64,000 bases of DNA from Camelus ferus (taxonomy: Eukaryota), in contig NC_045696.1 in NCBI RefSeq assembly GCF_009834535.1, positions 90,150,001 through 90,214,000 of the forward strand, in the 5' to 3' direction. The number at the start of each line of letters is the position of its first letter. Within the stretch, counting starts at the first letter, position 1. Below the pieces are notes generated by a model, which did no database searches, was not told the origin of the DNA, and was given only the letters and a program-made list of their open reading frames with translations. The translations under genes were made by a program, and so were the position numbers. This document shows, one piece after another, positions 47,081 through 59,859 of the stretch.

Positions 47081-47641
47081 GGGAAGTCCAAGAGTATCTT
47101 TCTGTCCCACAGCAGAAATAAGATATGGACCCAAAAGGCCCAAAAGCTGCAGAAACTCTGTCCTCCTCAAAGACCAGCTATCTTTGATTTGGGAAGACTC
47201 CCTCCTGAGTTGGTCCACACAGGCCCCTCCCACTTACAGCCACCATGGGGTCTTTGGCAGAAAAAAACAGACTTGGGAGCTGCCACAGCACAAGATGCGT
47301 TTAGCAGGGAAATGAGAGAATTGCTTTGCCACAAGCCAGAATATCACCCGTAAATCCACATATCTGAGGTCTTACCAATGGAAGTCCAGAATTCCACAAA
47401 TTGAAATTCAATTTCAAATGAAAGGGTGTCTGAGATATTCCTAAGCTTGACGTTTTGGGGTCCCCTGCCAATTTCAGTCACTTTTTAAACAACCATACTC
47501 ACGCTCTTGGAATTCAAGGAGTAAAATTTCACACCTAAAGCGCCCGTGTGGCCTTGGGCAGCACACAACAGATCTGCCCTCCTAGTTTATTAGGTCCAGA
47601 ATCGGTGACCTGAAACACTAAAGCAGCCTGATGCTCTAAAA

Positions 47642-47790
47642 CAATGGTTTTCACACTTGGGTGGGTATCAGAATCATATGGGAAACTTAATAAAATGCAA
47701 AAGCCCCAGGCCCTGTTCCAGGGAGCCTCTGCGTTCTATGTTAGCTTGTCAGGCATTTCCCTAGAGCCAGCAGAATGTGAGAACTATGGC
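47642..47790. mobile_element. MER5-like MITE remnant
   Basis: CAATGGTTTTCACACTTG...ATCAGAATCATATGGG...AAAATGCA...TGAGAACTATGG. Confidence 0.55.
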
Positions 47791-48584
47791 TCTAAAGCAA
47801 AGATAGAAGCACAAGGGCCAGCCACTCACTCCCATGCTATAATTCAACGTTCGAAGAATGCCTTAACTGAACACCCCTAATCACAAGCTCATCCTTTCCA
47901 TATTTTAATTAATAAAATTAATGAAGACAGAGAGGCACTAATCATGTTTAAGCAATGCTGTCTACGCATAAAGTGGCATTTTGAAAAAGTATTTGCATAA
48001 GTTTATTTTAGACTTGGGGATTCTTACAGCTCTCACACCGTCTCGCTATTACTGAAAGAATACTTTAAAATTATGATGTGAAGACAGTTAATTAACTTTT
48101 AATTGAAATGGCTCCAGGAAGAAAATTATAAATAGCACATTTGTCTTCACTGTGTTTTCATTATAAGACACAGAAAGTAATCGGTAGACAAGAAAGCACA
48201 GTGAAACTCAGGACACAGAGAGTGTGGTCACGAAAAGCAAAAACACAAGACTCCGGAATACCGGTCAGTGCAGACACTTCCAACAAGTGAGTCCAGAGCT
48301 CTAGGCATGAATTATCTGGGTTCTAATAAGCATCTTTTAAATATCAGAAGTGACCACTATAACCCCCCTCTCAGACACAATAATCAATTTGGGCTAGAAA
48401 GTCCCCAAGGTAATAGAAGGCAATATTCTGAAATTTTGCTCTTTGCCTCAGAGCACAGAATTTTACCGCAGCACTGTGTTACAGATGGCTATGTGGTACC
48501 CGGGAGGCAAGATATGCAGGACGGAGCACAGCCCTGCAGCCCAGCAGACTTGGCTCTGAGTGCTGGCCCCAACGTGAATTTAAA

Positions 48585-49100
48585 ACCCTATCCTTCCAGC
48601 TGTTCAGCCACCAAATCTGGAATTCGCCTTACATGCTCACTCTCTCACACCCTACAACCTGTCCAACAACAAATCACATTAGGTAGCTGTTTCTCTAAAA
48701 TATGTCCAGGATCCAACCATTTTTCCACTCCACTACCATTAAGGTTCATGCTACCATCATCTCTCACCTGGATTATTACACAAGAGCCTCCAAATGTTTC
48801 TCCCTATAAGTCAGGTCACGTCATGCTCAGGCAGCTCACTTTACTCAGAGTAAAAGCCCAAGTCCCTGACACGACCTGCAAAGCTTGTGTACTCTCCACC
48901 TCACTCCACCTCCACTGCAAGGCCAGGGCCTCTCTGCTGCTCCTCAAATGCACCAGGCACAACCCCCCCACCCCAGGACTCTGCATCTGCTGGTCCTTGG
49001 CCTGGCAGTCTCCCCACCATGCCCCCAGGTAGCTAGCTGCTCCCTCCCTCACTTCCTTCCATGACACTTCAAATGTCACTGTCTCCCTGATGCCTGTGAA
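48585..49100 (+). mobile_element. L2a-like region
   Basis: CCATCATCTCTCACCTGGATTATTACA...AAGTCAGGTCACGTCA...CTCAGAGTAAAAGCCCAAGTCC...CAAATGTCACT. Confidence 0.85.
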
Positions 49101-49427
49101 TCTGTATGATTGACAGATAGACAGACAGACAGACAGATGATAGACACTGAATATCCGAAAAATACGTAAGAAAACTGTTAAGAGCAGAAAAATCAATTAA
49201 GTGGGATTGGTTTGAGGTCAGAGTGAGGGAAAAGACTTCCTATTTTTATTTTATACTCCCCAGCATACTTTTTTTTTAATATTTACAGTAAAATAAATAA
49301 CAGTAGCTAATTTTGTGACAATGCTGAGTAAGGAGATACACTTACTAGTTCACAGAAACCCAGGTAACCTTGTCAGTTCTGGAGTACTATAGTTCATATT
49401 CTTTATATGTGTTTAATGGGATTTTTA

Positions 49428-50117
49428 ACTGAGATACAATTAACATATAACATTATATTAGTTTCAGGTGTATAATATAATTATTTGACATTTGTAAATA
49501 CGGCAAAGTGTTCACCACAGTAAGTCTAGTTAACATCCATCACCACACAATTACAAATTTTTTTTCTTGTGATGAGTACTTTCAATATCTATTCTTTTAG
49601 CAACTTTCAAATCTACAATACAGTAGTACTAACTATAGTCACTGTGCTGTATGCCCATGACTTATTTTATAAGTGGAAGATTGTACCTTTTGACCACCTT
49701 CACCCATTTCCTCCATCCCATGCTCTGGCAACCATCAACCTGTTCTCTGTATCTGAGTTTGGGGGCTTTTTTGTTTTTGTTTGTTTGTTTGTTTGTTTGT
49801 TTGTTTTTGATTCCACGTACAAGTGAGATCATACAGTCTTTCTTTTCTTTGTCTGACTTACTCCACTTGGCATAATGCCCTCAAGGTCCATCCATGTGGT
49901 TGCAAATGGCAAGACTTCCTTCTTTTTATCGATGAATATTCCATTGTATATATATGCCACATTTTCTTTGTCCTTTCATCCACTGATGGACACTTAGGTT
50001 GCTTCCATGTCTTGGCAATTGTAAACAATGCTGCAATAACATGGAGTGCATATATCTTTTGGAGTTATTATTTTTGTTTCCTTTTGATAAAATTCCCAGA
50101 AGTGGAATTGCTAGATC
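49428..50117 (-). mobile_element. 5'-truncated L1 (L1MA9-like 3' end) with ~19-bp TSD
   Basis: ACATATAACATTATATTAGTTTCAGGTGT...GGACACTTAGGTTGCTTCCATGTCTTGGC...AGAAGTGGAATTGCTAGATC; TSD GTGTTYAATGGGATTTTTA at 49409-49427 and 50118-50136; internal (TTTG)n. Confidence 0.92.
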
Positions 50118-50679
50118 GTGTTCAATGGGATTTTTAGGGATCTGCCTGAGAAGGAATCTAGACATGAGGTGTAATACTGTTTTTCTGAGGAAAAAAAAAA
50201 TGCTCCCTCCAGCCTATGGCAAGTGCTTTGTCCTTCTCTTCCCTTCTGCTGCCTCTGCTTCCCTCTTCTCTGCCATGTTGCTGCTCATCTGAGTCACCTC
50301 CAATGGCTCCTTTGCACATCCACCAAGCCCCAGCCAGTTCCGCTCCAGCCAGTTCTTCAGTAAGAAGGCAGCACCCGGTTCCAGGGTGTCTCACCTTCCT
50401 CAAGGCCTGAGGTGTAGAAAAGCTACCCACTCACGTAGAGTCTGAGGCATCTGTGAGCCTGGTGTTCCCAACACCTGGTGACATGAGAGGTACCAACAAG
50501 AGGGAAGCCCTCTTTCTGGAAGGCAGTGTCTCAGCTTTGTGCTTAAAAAGTCACGTTGTGCATCCCATGCGCACTAGAGGCCAGGTACCCATCCTCTGGG
50601 TCTCCAAGCAAAATTAGGATTCACAGGGAATATCCAAGGTCAGAATCAGGACTTTCCCCTCAGCGGTTAATGGATGACT

Positions 50680-51060
50680 GAAGAGAGAAATGTGCTACAC
50701 AGAGCACTAAGTTAGGACAAAGGAAACCTGTGTTCTCCCACTAACTGCCATAGTGGGACCAAGTCTCCCCATCTATGGAATGTGGGGACTGGATGGAGCG
50801 ATGGCTGATGATGCTTCCCACCATTAATAACCTCTTAAGTCGTGGCCGCAATCCATGGTGTTTACCATGAACCAGATCCCTGCTAGCTTTCATGTCAGTT
50901 ACCTTCTGTAGCTTCATCATCACATGAATTCAGCAAGGTATTATTACTCCATTTTACAGAGGAGAAAAGTAACACTTAGAAAAGGTTAAAGAAATTGATC
51001 AAAATGATGTCTTGCTTGGTTGGTCAGTCTACTAGGACTCAAACCCATGCCCATTCAATT
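50680..51060. mobile_element. Two MIR fragments in opposite orientation
   Basis: AGAGCACT...CCCCATCTATGGAATG (+); GGTATTATTACTCCATTTTACAGAGGAGAAAA...GGACTCAAACCCA (-). Confidence 0.6.
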
Positions 51061-52096
51061 TTCTTGCCTCACCTCCTCTTACATGTACTATCCTCTGCAC
51101 AGAGAGTAGTCTAGAACCCCTATACTGCACAATTTCCTGCCCACCAGGATGCAACTCTCCAGGGCTGAACAGCATTTATTCACCTACTCATTCATTCAAC
51201 CAAGGTCTATGCGCCAGTTATGACACCAACACCTACTGATAAAGTCCCCTTGATGAGTCTGACCCTGGAGGTGCCATGTGAATCACTCTGACCACTGCCA
51301 AATGCTAGCCCCGCAACCCACCCAGGGGGTTCACGATGTTCAGAAGAGATGGTGGTGACTATTACTGAAATGGTGGGACCTGGCTTGTGCAACACAGGCT
51401 GAGCTATATGATGTTGTCACTGATAGTAGCTGTCTTACAGGGAAACTCAGGGCAGCATAGAAAGCTGGACAGTTCCTGTTAGAGTCACAGGAAAAACCAG
51501 GCAAGAGAGGGCATATGACTTGGCTCAAACCCCTCACCACCAGGTAAAGCAATTTCAAATGTTCTGCATCATCTATAGATCTATAGTCTCACCCCGAGGC
51601 TCCACCCCTTCAGCTGGCATTCAGTATGGAGGGTTAGAAAGGGACATTTCCCAGGGTTGGAAGGAAGAAGTATCATTTCAGCCTGTGTGGCTCCCCAGTT
51701 TGCTGCAAAGCTGGTCCAGCAAAAGGGAAAGGCTATATAACTTGAAATAAACACAGACGTCTCTGCCATTGCAGTCAGGCAGCTTGAAATTAAGATGAAA
51801 GCCACGAGAAGGAGTGTGTATGAGGAAACCTGCTCACGAACAGGATTCAAAGTGCAATCAGGATTGTTATCTAATAAAAGGTCTGACTTCATACATTTTG
51901 AAACACTGGGTTAAACCAATTGAAATAGGTGTGTTTCTTCATTTGATTGTAGTTATGGATTTGTTTGTTTCTTCCGGACTTGTCAGGGCCTTTACTTGAC
52001 CACGGAAACTTTTTCACCACTGAGCATCTGGCAGGAATGGGGTTTCAGGGATTTCCGTCCAAGATACACTGCTCCAGAGCATTCCAGCCCTAAAAC

Positions 52097-52400
52097 AGGA
52101 GTTAGCATCTCTTTTAAATAAAGGGCCTGAGAATAAGTATCATAAGCTTTGCAGGTCATGATGCAAAATCAAGAATATGGTATAGGGACTTAGATACAAG
52201 AAAGAAAACAAAGTTCTAAACATTTTTATTGATGAAATTAGAAGTATAATAATCAGAACTCTGTGCAATGTTTTACAGTTCAGGTCTAGTAACAAGAAGA
52301 CTGAAGTTATTCTGTGGGGGATAACATGTTGCTTAACTGGGGCTCAAAGTTAGCCTTCTGTATTATTGTAGCAGCAATGTAGCTTAAAATGAGTGATCAA
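52097..52400. mobile_element. hAT-Charlie (Cheshire/MER58-related) fragment
   Basis: CAGGAGTTAGCA...TAAAGGGCC...AATAAGTAT...GCTTTGCAGGTCA, a MER58-type terminus. Confidence 0.5.
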
Positions 52401-52639
52401 GATAAAGCATCCTCTAAGTTACAAAAGATAAAGAAGGAGGGGACTTTACAGAGAAATTGTTTCAGCTCTTACAGAGGAACTGAAGCCCAGACTCCTGGGA
52501 AGCCCTGCCCCCTTCTCCCAAACACACAGGGAAGAGAACCTGGTCTCGAGACGTACAGCCCTACTGTGCCTCTCAGAATGCTTGCGTTTCCTCTGGGAAA
52601 CGTTTCTGAGCTGACCTGGGAGTACAGTCATCATCTGGA

Positions 52640-53425
52640 ATGTAGCATTAAAAACTCACATCCAGAAAAGCCTCCTTTAAGAAGCCACACACTTTGTGTT
52701 AATAAAATGGTGGCAGGGACTGCACATGACTTTGCCCACTAAGGCTCACTATTGCCATGTTGTTCTTATTTATGAACATGACTTCTGTCACTACCGTATC
52801 ATAAGGGTCATGAGGACAAGGGGGGTCTTATTCATTTTTCTGTCATCAGCATCTGGCACATGGGGGAAATTCAATAAATGCTTATTTAATTAACCAATCA
52901 TTAAATAATCAATGACTCTTCCTTTGCAAAAATCCGTTCCACTCCTTCACTTTCAACGAAGTGTTGGTCAGATCACTGTTCCCTGCTTAAAATGTTCCAG
53001 TAGCCCACACTGTACTTAGAGTAAAATCCACACTCTTGGCCCTCGCCTACCTCTCTTATTGCGTCTGTTTCTACTCTTTCCCACTCCAGTCACACTGACC
53101 CGTTTTTCCATTCACCAGATACGCCAAGTTTATTTCTGCTCTGGTGCTTCTGCAAAGGCTGCTCCCTTCACTTAGAACCCTCTGCTCCCCAATGTTCAGG
53201 TGCCTCTTCCAGCATTCCCATCCCTCCCCCAACCACTGTCATTTACCACCACCCCTATTTCTCCAGTTATTTATATGTGTTCTCACTTGTATATATGTGA
53301 GTCCCATGAGAGAACAGGTCTCTGCTGCCTTGTTCCCCACCACCAAGCCTGGCCCTTCAGTCGATGTCTGGCACACAGTAGGTATACTACTTATCAACAA
53401 TAAATGTTTGTTGAATAAATGAATT
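52640..53425 (+). mobile_element. L2 3' fragments (two in tandem)
   Basis: CAGCATCTGGCACATGG...TCAATAAATGCTT; CAGATCACTGTTCCCTGCTTAAAA...CTGGCACACAGTAGG...CAATAAATGTTTGTTGAATAAATGAA. Confidence 0.8.
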
Positions 53426-55149
53426 AATTCCTCCAGGACTCCTCAGCCTTCTTTTCAACTATACTCATTTAATACAATAAATGTTTGTTGAATAAAGGAA
53501 TTAAGACTGAACATCTTCCTTTTGGCTCCAGGGTGGGATCTTGGCTTGGATGGCACGCTGTAATTGACTGGACACATGGGCGCAAGGGCGTGGTGGGAAA
53601 ATCAGAAAGAACCGACAACAAAACCGACGGAGCTATTGTGCATATGTAAAGTTGCTTAGCTCTCCGATTTGCTTTCATTTTAGTTTATGTCCCTTTAAAC
53701 CAGTGCCCCCAAAATTACAGCCTCTGACTGGCTGACATATAAATTTCTGACTTTAAAACCACTTTATTTCAAGCTTGATAAATAGCTTTTGTCACCAGGT
53801 AGAGTAATTAAGGTGCAGTATTGGCTGTCGCCAGGCTAGACTGACATTACTTTCTTTTCAGTGTTTTGTTACCTGCCTGTCGGATTTGGCAGAGCTCATG
53901 GAAAGGCTCAGGGCTGAGTTATGTACATGCACTCCTGGCAGGAGCTTTGTCAGGAAGATACATCACCCCTTTCTAGGGAGCAGCCTCCGTTTTCCAAGAC
54001 CATGGCAGGCATGCCCGGCACACGTTGCCAAGCTCCTCTCTCATCTCTAGCGACCACCCTGTCACTGGCAAAGAAAAGGATGGGCTACTCCCTATTTGAG
54101 ATCTTCATGCCTCTTGGCCTCCCCACTATGTTCTAGCTCACTCTCCACAACTGGTCATTTATTAACAATTCAATATAAATTTCCAAGCCAATGTTTCAGA
54201 GTGCTGGAGCTGCCATCTTGTAGAAAGAGTAAAGCAAAGGGCTCAAACTTCCAAAGCCCCATCTCCATGGTGCATCCAAGAAACAGACAGAGAATCAAAG
54301 GGGACCACAGGCTATTAAAGCTAAACGTTAACTCAAATGTTCAACCGCATCATTTTATGGATGATGAAGCTGAGTCCCAGAGACATCCTGCAACTGTTCC
54401 CTCACACAGTGGTAGAACGACTCTATATCTACTTACTTGTTCATCTGAATGTTAAGACAACCAAGGTTTGGAAACCTGCATCCTGCCAGAGGCACTTACT
54501 GAGCCTCACCCAGAACTATTTCCACTTCTCTGTTGGGTCCATAGATTCAAATCATTCCTCAGATTCTACTAAATTTCATCGTGGTCCAGGACAAGAAGAG
54601 CAGCAGCAAAATAAAGTGTACTGGCAAGTATGTGTTAGATAGCAGGTCTGTCTTTGGGCAGCTGAGTTTACATCCAGCATCTCTTCCAAGACATCTTGAA
54701 AGAATCCTCCAAGAAGGCTTTACCAATAAGAGAATATCCTAGCAGAAAGGTGTTAAGTAGGTGGTCCTGCTGGGAATCAGGCAGGGAGCTATCACCTACA
54801 TCAGCATTCTCTGCATCTCAGAGGTCCCAGATGAGGGGGGTGGGTGGGATGTGACGTGCATGTGAGCATCTACCTCAGAGAGGTCACTGACAGCTAAATT
54901 ACGACCTCAGCTGATGACAGACCCCACCTCTTCTCTTTCAGTCTTCACTGGACTCTAGAGAGACTAGAAGCATAGGCAAAAGTACAGAGAATGAAAGAGC
55001 AAACCATACCCCCTTCTCCACTCTAGGTCCCCAAGCTGATGTCCTCAGGAAAGGGGAAGAAGCCTGACAGTGAATTACACAACAAAGTCTGAGCTGTTCA
55101 CATCTGAATATAAAATAGTTCTAATGCCTAAAAGTGACTACAAAGCAAT

Positions 55150-56230
55150 AAGTGTTGCCTAAGATGTTGCCAAGAAATGTGAGAGAGTTGGTAATGTTTC
55201 AAGAATTACTAGTTCAGTATGAGTGGAAATCAGGGAGTAGAGGAATGGAGAGGCTAAAAAGTTGGACACAGAAAAGAGGAGGAGCTAGTGAAGAATGTAT
55301 TCTGCTTTGCAAAGAGTTTGGGCTTTACCCTATGGAAGCTCATTAAGAGCTAATGCATCTTACTTAAAAGAATGACATCAGATACATGCATTCAACAAAT
55401 ATTTATTACGGACCTATTAAGTGCCAGACTCTGTTATATGAATTAGGGATGCATCAATGAATAAAAGAGACAACAAACTCTGCCCTTGGAGAGTTTACAT
55501 TCCAGAGGGAAAGCAGTAACAGATTCTAAACATAGTAACTAAGTGTTTAATATCTAGAATGTTGTGGGGAAAAATGGAGCGACATAAGACAGACTGGAAG
55601 TGCTGAAGCAGAGAGGATGACGGAGTCAGATTTCATCATTAAATTGGAGGGCCAGGGAGACAACACTGAGAACATTTCACCGGTGACTTGAAGGAGATGG
55701 GGCAGTTCTTAAATCATGAGGGAATCTGAAGGAAGAATATTCAAGGCAGAGGAGATGGTCAGTTTGTTGGCCATAAGGCAGGACCCTGCTTGATGTATCT
55801 AAAGAATAGCATGGAGGCTGGTGCGGCTGGAACAGAATGAGAGAAGGATAGGAGACAGGATCAGACAGGGCCAGATTAGGCAGGGTCTCAAAGGCCCTTG
55901 AAGAATTGTCGCTTTTATTTTGAGTGAGTTAGAGAGAGACTGCAGCATTTGCATATGCACAGGGAAAACGTAGGGGAGTAACTTCATCTGAATTATGTTT
56001 TAAAAGGATCATTCTGGCTGCTGGGTTGAGAACAGGCTGGGGTAGGGTGACAAGGCAGAAGCAAAGGGAGAGTTAGTAGGTGCCTGCAATTGTCCAGGAG
56101 ATTACATATTTTTTAAATCACTATAGAGACAATAAGGAGATAGAAATGGAAGAGAGTGAGACTGAAAAGACCAGAATCAGTTAGGAGTCTACTGCAACAG
56201 TCCAGCCATAAAATGACTAAGACCCTTAAT
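55150..56230 (-). mobile_element. Nested L2 remnants (best preserved 55385-56100)
   Basis: CATTCAACAAATATTTATT...GTGCCAGAC...CTGCCCTTGGAGAGTTTACATTCCAG...GACTTGAAGGAG...GGATCATTCTGGCTGCTG. Confidence 0.85.
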
Positions 56231-56489
56231 AGTTCAGACCTGCATCTACAATCACTTATACTAAAACATAATAAATTTTACAGAAAGAATGAACAGATTG
56301 AAAGTACCAAAAATTGAGGCCAAGGGAAAGAGAAATAAACAGATAATCTATGAGAGGATATGTCTCAACTTGGCATGCATTTAAAAACAATTATGAGTGT
56401 ATTTAACCTGTGACTCTAACCCACAGCCCTGTATAAAAAGATGCTCAAAAGTCTACTTTTGGAATTTTACTTATGTATGAAAGATTAAT

Positions 56490-59400
56490 TGCTACAGGAT
56501 TGCCCTAGCATAAACAATTAGAAAACTAGGGAAATTACATAAAACAACTTTTCAGATATTAAGTAATTAGGAAATCTCTGTGATCTCTCAGAGAAGGGAA
56601 ATAATGAGATAAGTGCTATGACTGCCCCTGCTTACTGCCTGGAGACACTGTAAAGGCTACAGCTCAGAGAGGGGAAACTCAAACAGAACGCAGTAGTCTC
56701 AGTTAGTTAAAGAGGCAAAGATCAGTGTTTAAATCAACCATACTGAATGGAATTTGTACGTCAGAATACTGAAGAGGAGGGAGCTAAACAGAAAGTGCTC
56801 CAGAAATCTTCAAAGAGGTCCCCTCAAGTCTTTGGCTAATTACTGATCTGCATATGCTTGGGGTAACATTCCATGAGGCTAGGGAAAGAACTACCTGAAA
56901 CCAATAGGCAGGAAATGTCCCTGAAATCACAGGAGTGGGGATAATTCACACTCCCATCACCCAGAGTGGATAAACTTCATAATGCAGAGAGCATTAGGAA
57001 AAATATTTGAAAGAGTCATGTCTTAGTAGCAGGGGAGAAATTAAGCCAAGAGTAAAGACGTTCCAGACTTGCCACAAGAAAATTTAAAAACAAGCTTCAA
57101 AGGGATCAAACTGATTTGCAACTGCAAAAACAGCATCCAATAGTCTTTAAAGGAGAACAACAAAATCTGGCATTAAACAATATAAAATTCAGTGCCTAAA
57201 TCCAATCAAAGACTACCAGGCATGTGGCAAAGAAGAAAAATATGATCACCAGAAGATTCTACCAATCAATAGAAACCAAACCAGAAATGACAGAGATTTG
57301 CAGAAATTTTCAGAAAAAGACACTAAAGCAACTGTTATAAATCTTATGAATATGCTCAATGATGTAAAGGAAAACAAACACAATTAGCAGAGAAACAAAG
57401 ATATGAAAAAAACTCCATAAATTCTGGATAAAAAATACAAAATCTGAAATGAAAAGTGCATTGGATGGGATTAACAGCCAATGAGACACTGCAGGAGAAG
57501 ATATGAGTGACATAATAAAAATAACAGATATATAGCAATAGAAACTATCCAACATAAAGCACACAGAGAAAAAAACATTGAAAAACAAAAGTGAACAGAC
57601 CTCCAGTTTGGGGAAAAGATACTAACTTACAGATTTAAGAGACTTGGAGAACCTCAAACAAGATCAATTCAAGAAATCATACTGAGATACTTCATGATCA
57701 AACGGCAGCCAGAGGAAAAAAATGACACATCATATTTAGAGAACAACAATTTGAATAAGTAGAGATTTTTCTCCAGAAGCCATGAAAACCAGAAGAGAAT
57801 GGAACAACATCTTTAAGGAGCTGAAAGAATATAACTGTTAACCCAAAAATTCTATCACAAACATCCTTTAGGAATAAAGGCAAAATAAAAACATTCTAAG
57901 ATGAAGGAAAACAAAGTGAATTTGTTGCCATCACACCTGCTAAAAGAGAAATGCTTAAGAAATTTCTTCATGATGGAGAAAAATAATGCCAAAATAAAAC
58001 ATGGGACTTCAAGAATAAAACAACAACACAAATGGTAAGTATCTAGGAACATAGACCATTTTTATCCTTTAAGTTCTTAAAAATATGTGTTATTGTGGAA
58101 AGTAATAATTATGTGGAAAAACCTAAGGAATCTACAAAAAAGCTACTCAAACTAATAAATGAGTTTAGCAAAATTATAGGATTCAAGGTCAGTATACAAA
58201 AGCCAAATGTTTTCCTATATACTATCAATAAGCAATTGAAAATTGTAATTTGGAGGGTATTATGCTAAGTGAAATAAGTCAGAGAAAGACAAATACTGAT
58301 ATCACTTATATGTGTAATCTAAAAACTACAACAAACTAGTGAATGTAACAAAAAAAAGAAGCAGAATCACTAGAGAACAAACTAGTGGTTACCAGTGGGA
58401 AGAAGGAATGGGGGAGGGACTATAAAGGGGGAGGGAATTAAAAGGTACAAACTATTATGTATAAAACAAGTTACAAGGATATATTGTACAACACAGGGAA
58501 TATAGCCAATATTTCATAATAACTATAAATGGAGTGTAACCTTTAAAAATTACAATACACTATATTGTATACTTGTAACTTATATAATATTGTATATCAA
58601 TTACACTTCAATTTTTAAAAAAGAAAATTGTAATTTTAAAAGAATATCATTTACAATAGCATCAAGAAACATGAAATATTTAAGAATACATTTAATAAAA
58701 TATATCCATGATCTATATATGAAAAACTACAAAACACTCAGAGAATCAATTATGACTTAAATGAACAAATATGCCATGTTCATGAATCAGAAGACACAAC
58801 ATTGTTAAGATTTCAAATCTTCCCAAACTGATCTATGGATTCAATACAATCCATATCAAAATGCCAGCAGGACTTTTCAATTGACAAGCTGATTCTAAAA
58901 CTTACATGAAACAGAGGACATATTCAATTGTTTTGTTTTTTCAAAGCAATTTTGAAAAAGAAAGACAAAGTTGAAGGATGCACACAGCCTGATTGCAAAG
59001 TTTACTATAAGGCTGCAGTTACTGGACAATGTGATATTAATAAAGGATTGACATACAGACCAATGGAACAAAGTAGAAAGTCCTGGGACAGTATACACAT
59101 ATATGGTCAGTTCACTTTCCACAAAGGTACCAAGGTAATTCAAAGGAGGAAAGATAGTTTTCAACAAATGGTACTAGAACAATTGGATATTCATATGAAA
59201 GATAAAATGATATGAAAAGACAAAAATCTCAAATCTTATTTCACACCATAACAAAAATCAACTCAAAAAGGATCATAACTACAATGTTAAAACTATAAAA
59301 TATATAGAAGAAAAAGAAAATACTTGTGACCTCTGGTTAGGCAAAGGTGTCTCAGATTAGGCACAGAAAGGAAAAATCATAAAAAAAATTATCAGTTGGA

Positions 59401-59690
59401 CTTCATCAAAATCAAAAACTTTTGTTCTTTCTAAAATACTGTTAAGAAAATTAGAGGCAAGTCACAGACTAGTAAAAGCTATCTGCAAAACACATATCTG
59501 ATAAAGAATTTGTATCCAAACTATATAAAGAACTCTCAAAACTTAGTAATAACAAAAGATCCGATGAAATTAATGGGCCAAAGATTTGAAGACACACCTT
59601 ACCAAGGAAGATGTATGAATGGCAGAGAAGTACATGAATAGTTTCTCAATATCATTATTAAAACTACAATAAAATACTTCTACACAACCA
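56490..59690 (+). mobile_element. Old L1: decayed 5'UTR/ORF1 joined to distal ORF2
   Basis: ORF1-like AAAATCTGAAATGAAAA...GGATGGGATTAACAGC...CCAGAAGAGAATGGAACAACATCTTTAA; ORF2 GAAAAACCTAAGGAATCTACAAAAAAGCTAC; ORF 58928-59215 (KAILKKKDKV.G.T.PD.K.YYKA). Confidence 0.88.
58252..58622 (+). mobile_element. Younger 5'-truncated L1 3'UTR inserted in the older L1, perfect 14-bp TSD
   Basis: GGAGGGTATTATGCTAAGTGAAATAAGTCAGAGAAAGACAAATAC...CACTTCAATT plus A-tail; TSD GAAAATTGTAATTT at 58238-58251 and 58623-58636. Confidence 0.92.
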
Positions 59691-59855
59691 GTACCTTAAA
59701 ACTTAGTGGATTAACACAATAACCATTTAATTCTATTTCATGTTTTCGTGGGTCATTAATTCGGGCAAAGCTCAGACAATTCTTCTGCTCTATGCAACAA
59801 TGACTGAGGGCAATCACTTGTACACAACCTGAGGGACCAAGACAGCTTTACTTAC
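59690..59855 (-). mobile_element. MaLR LTR fragment (MLT1-like)
   Basis: AAAACTTAGTGGATTAACACAATAACCATTT...GTGGGTCA...TTCTTCTGCTC...CCAAGACAGCTT. Confidence 0.6.
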
Positions 59856-59859
59856 TATA

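Noticed and set aside
48268..49032. Longest ORF (254 aa) as a gene
   Set aside because: GTG start, the distal half is L2 sequence, and there is no recognisable domain; a chance ORF.
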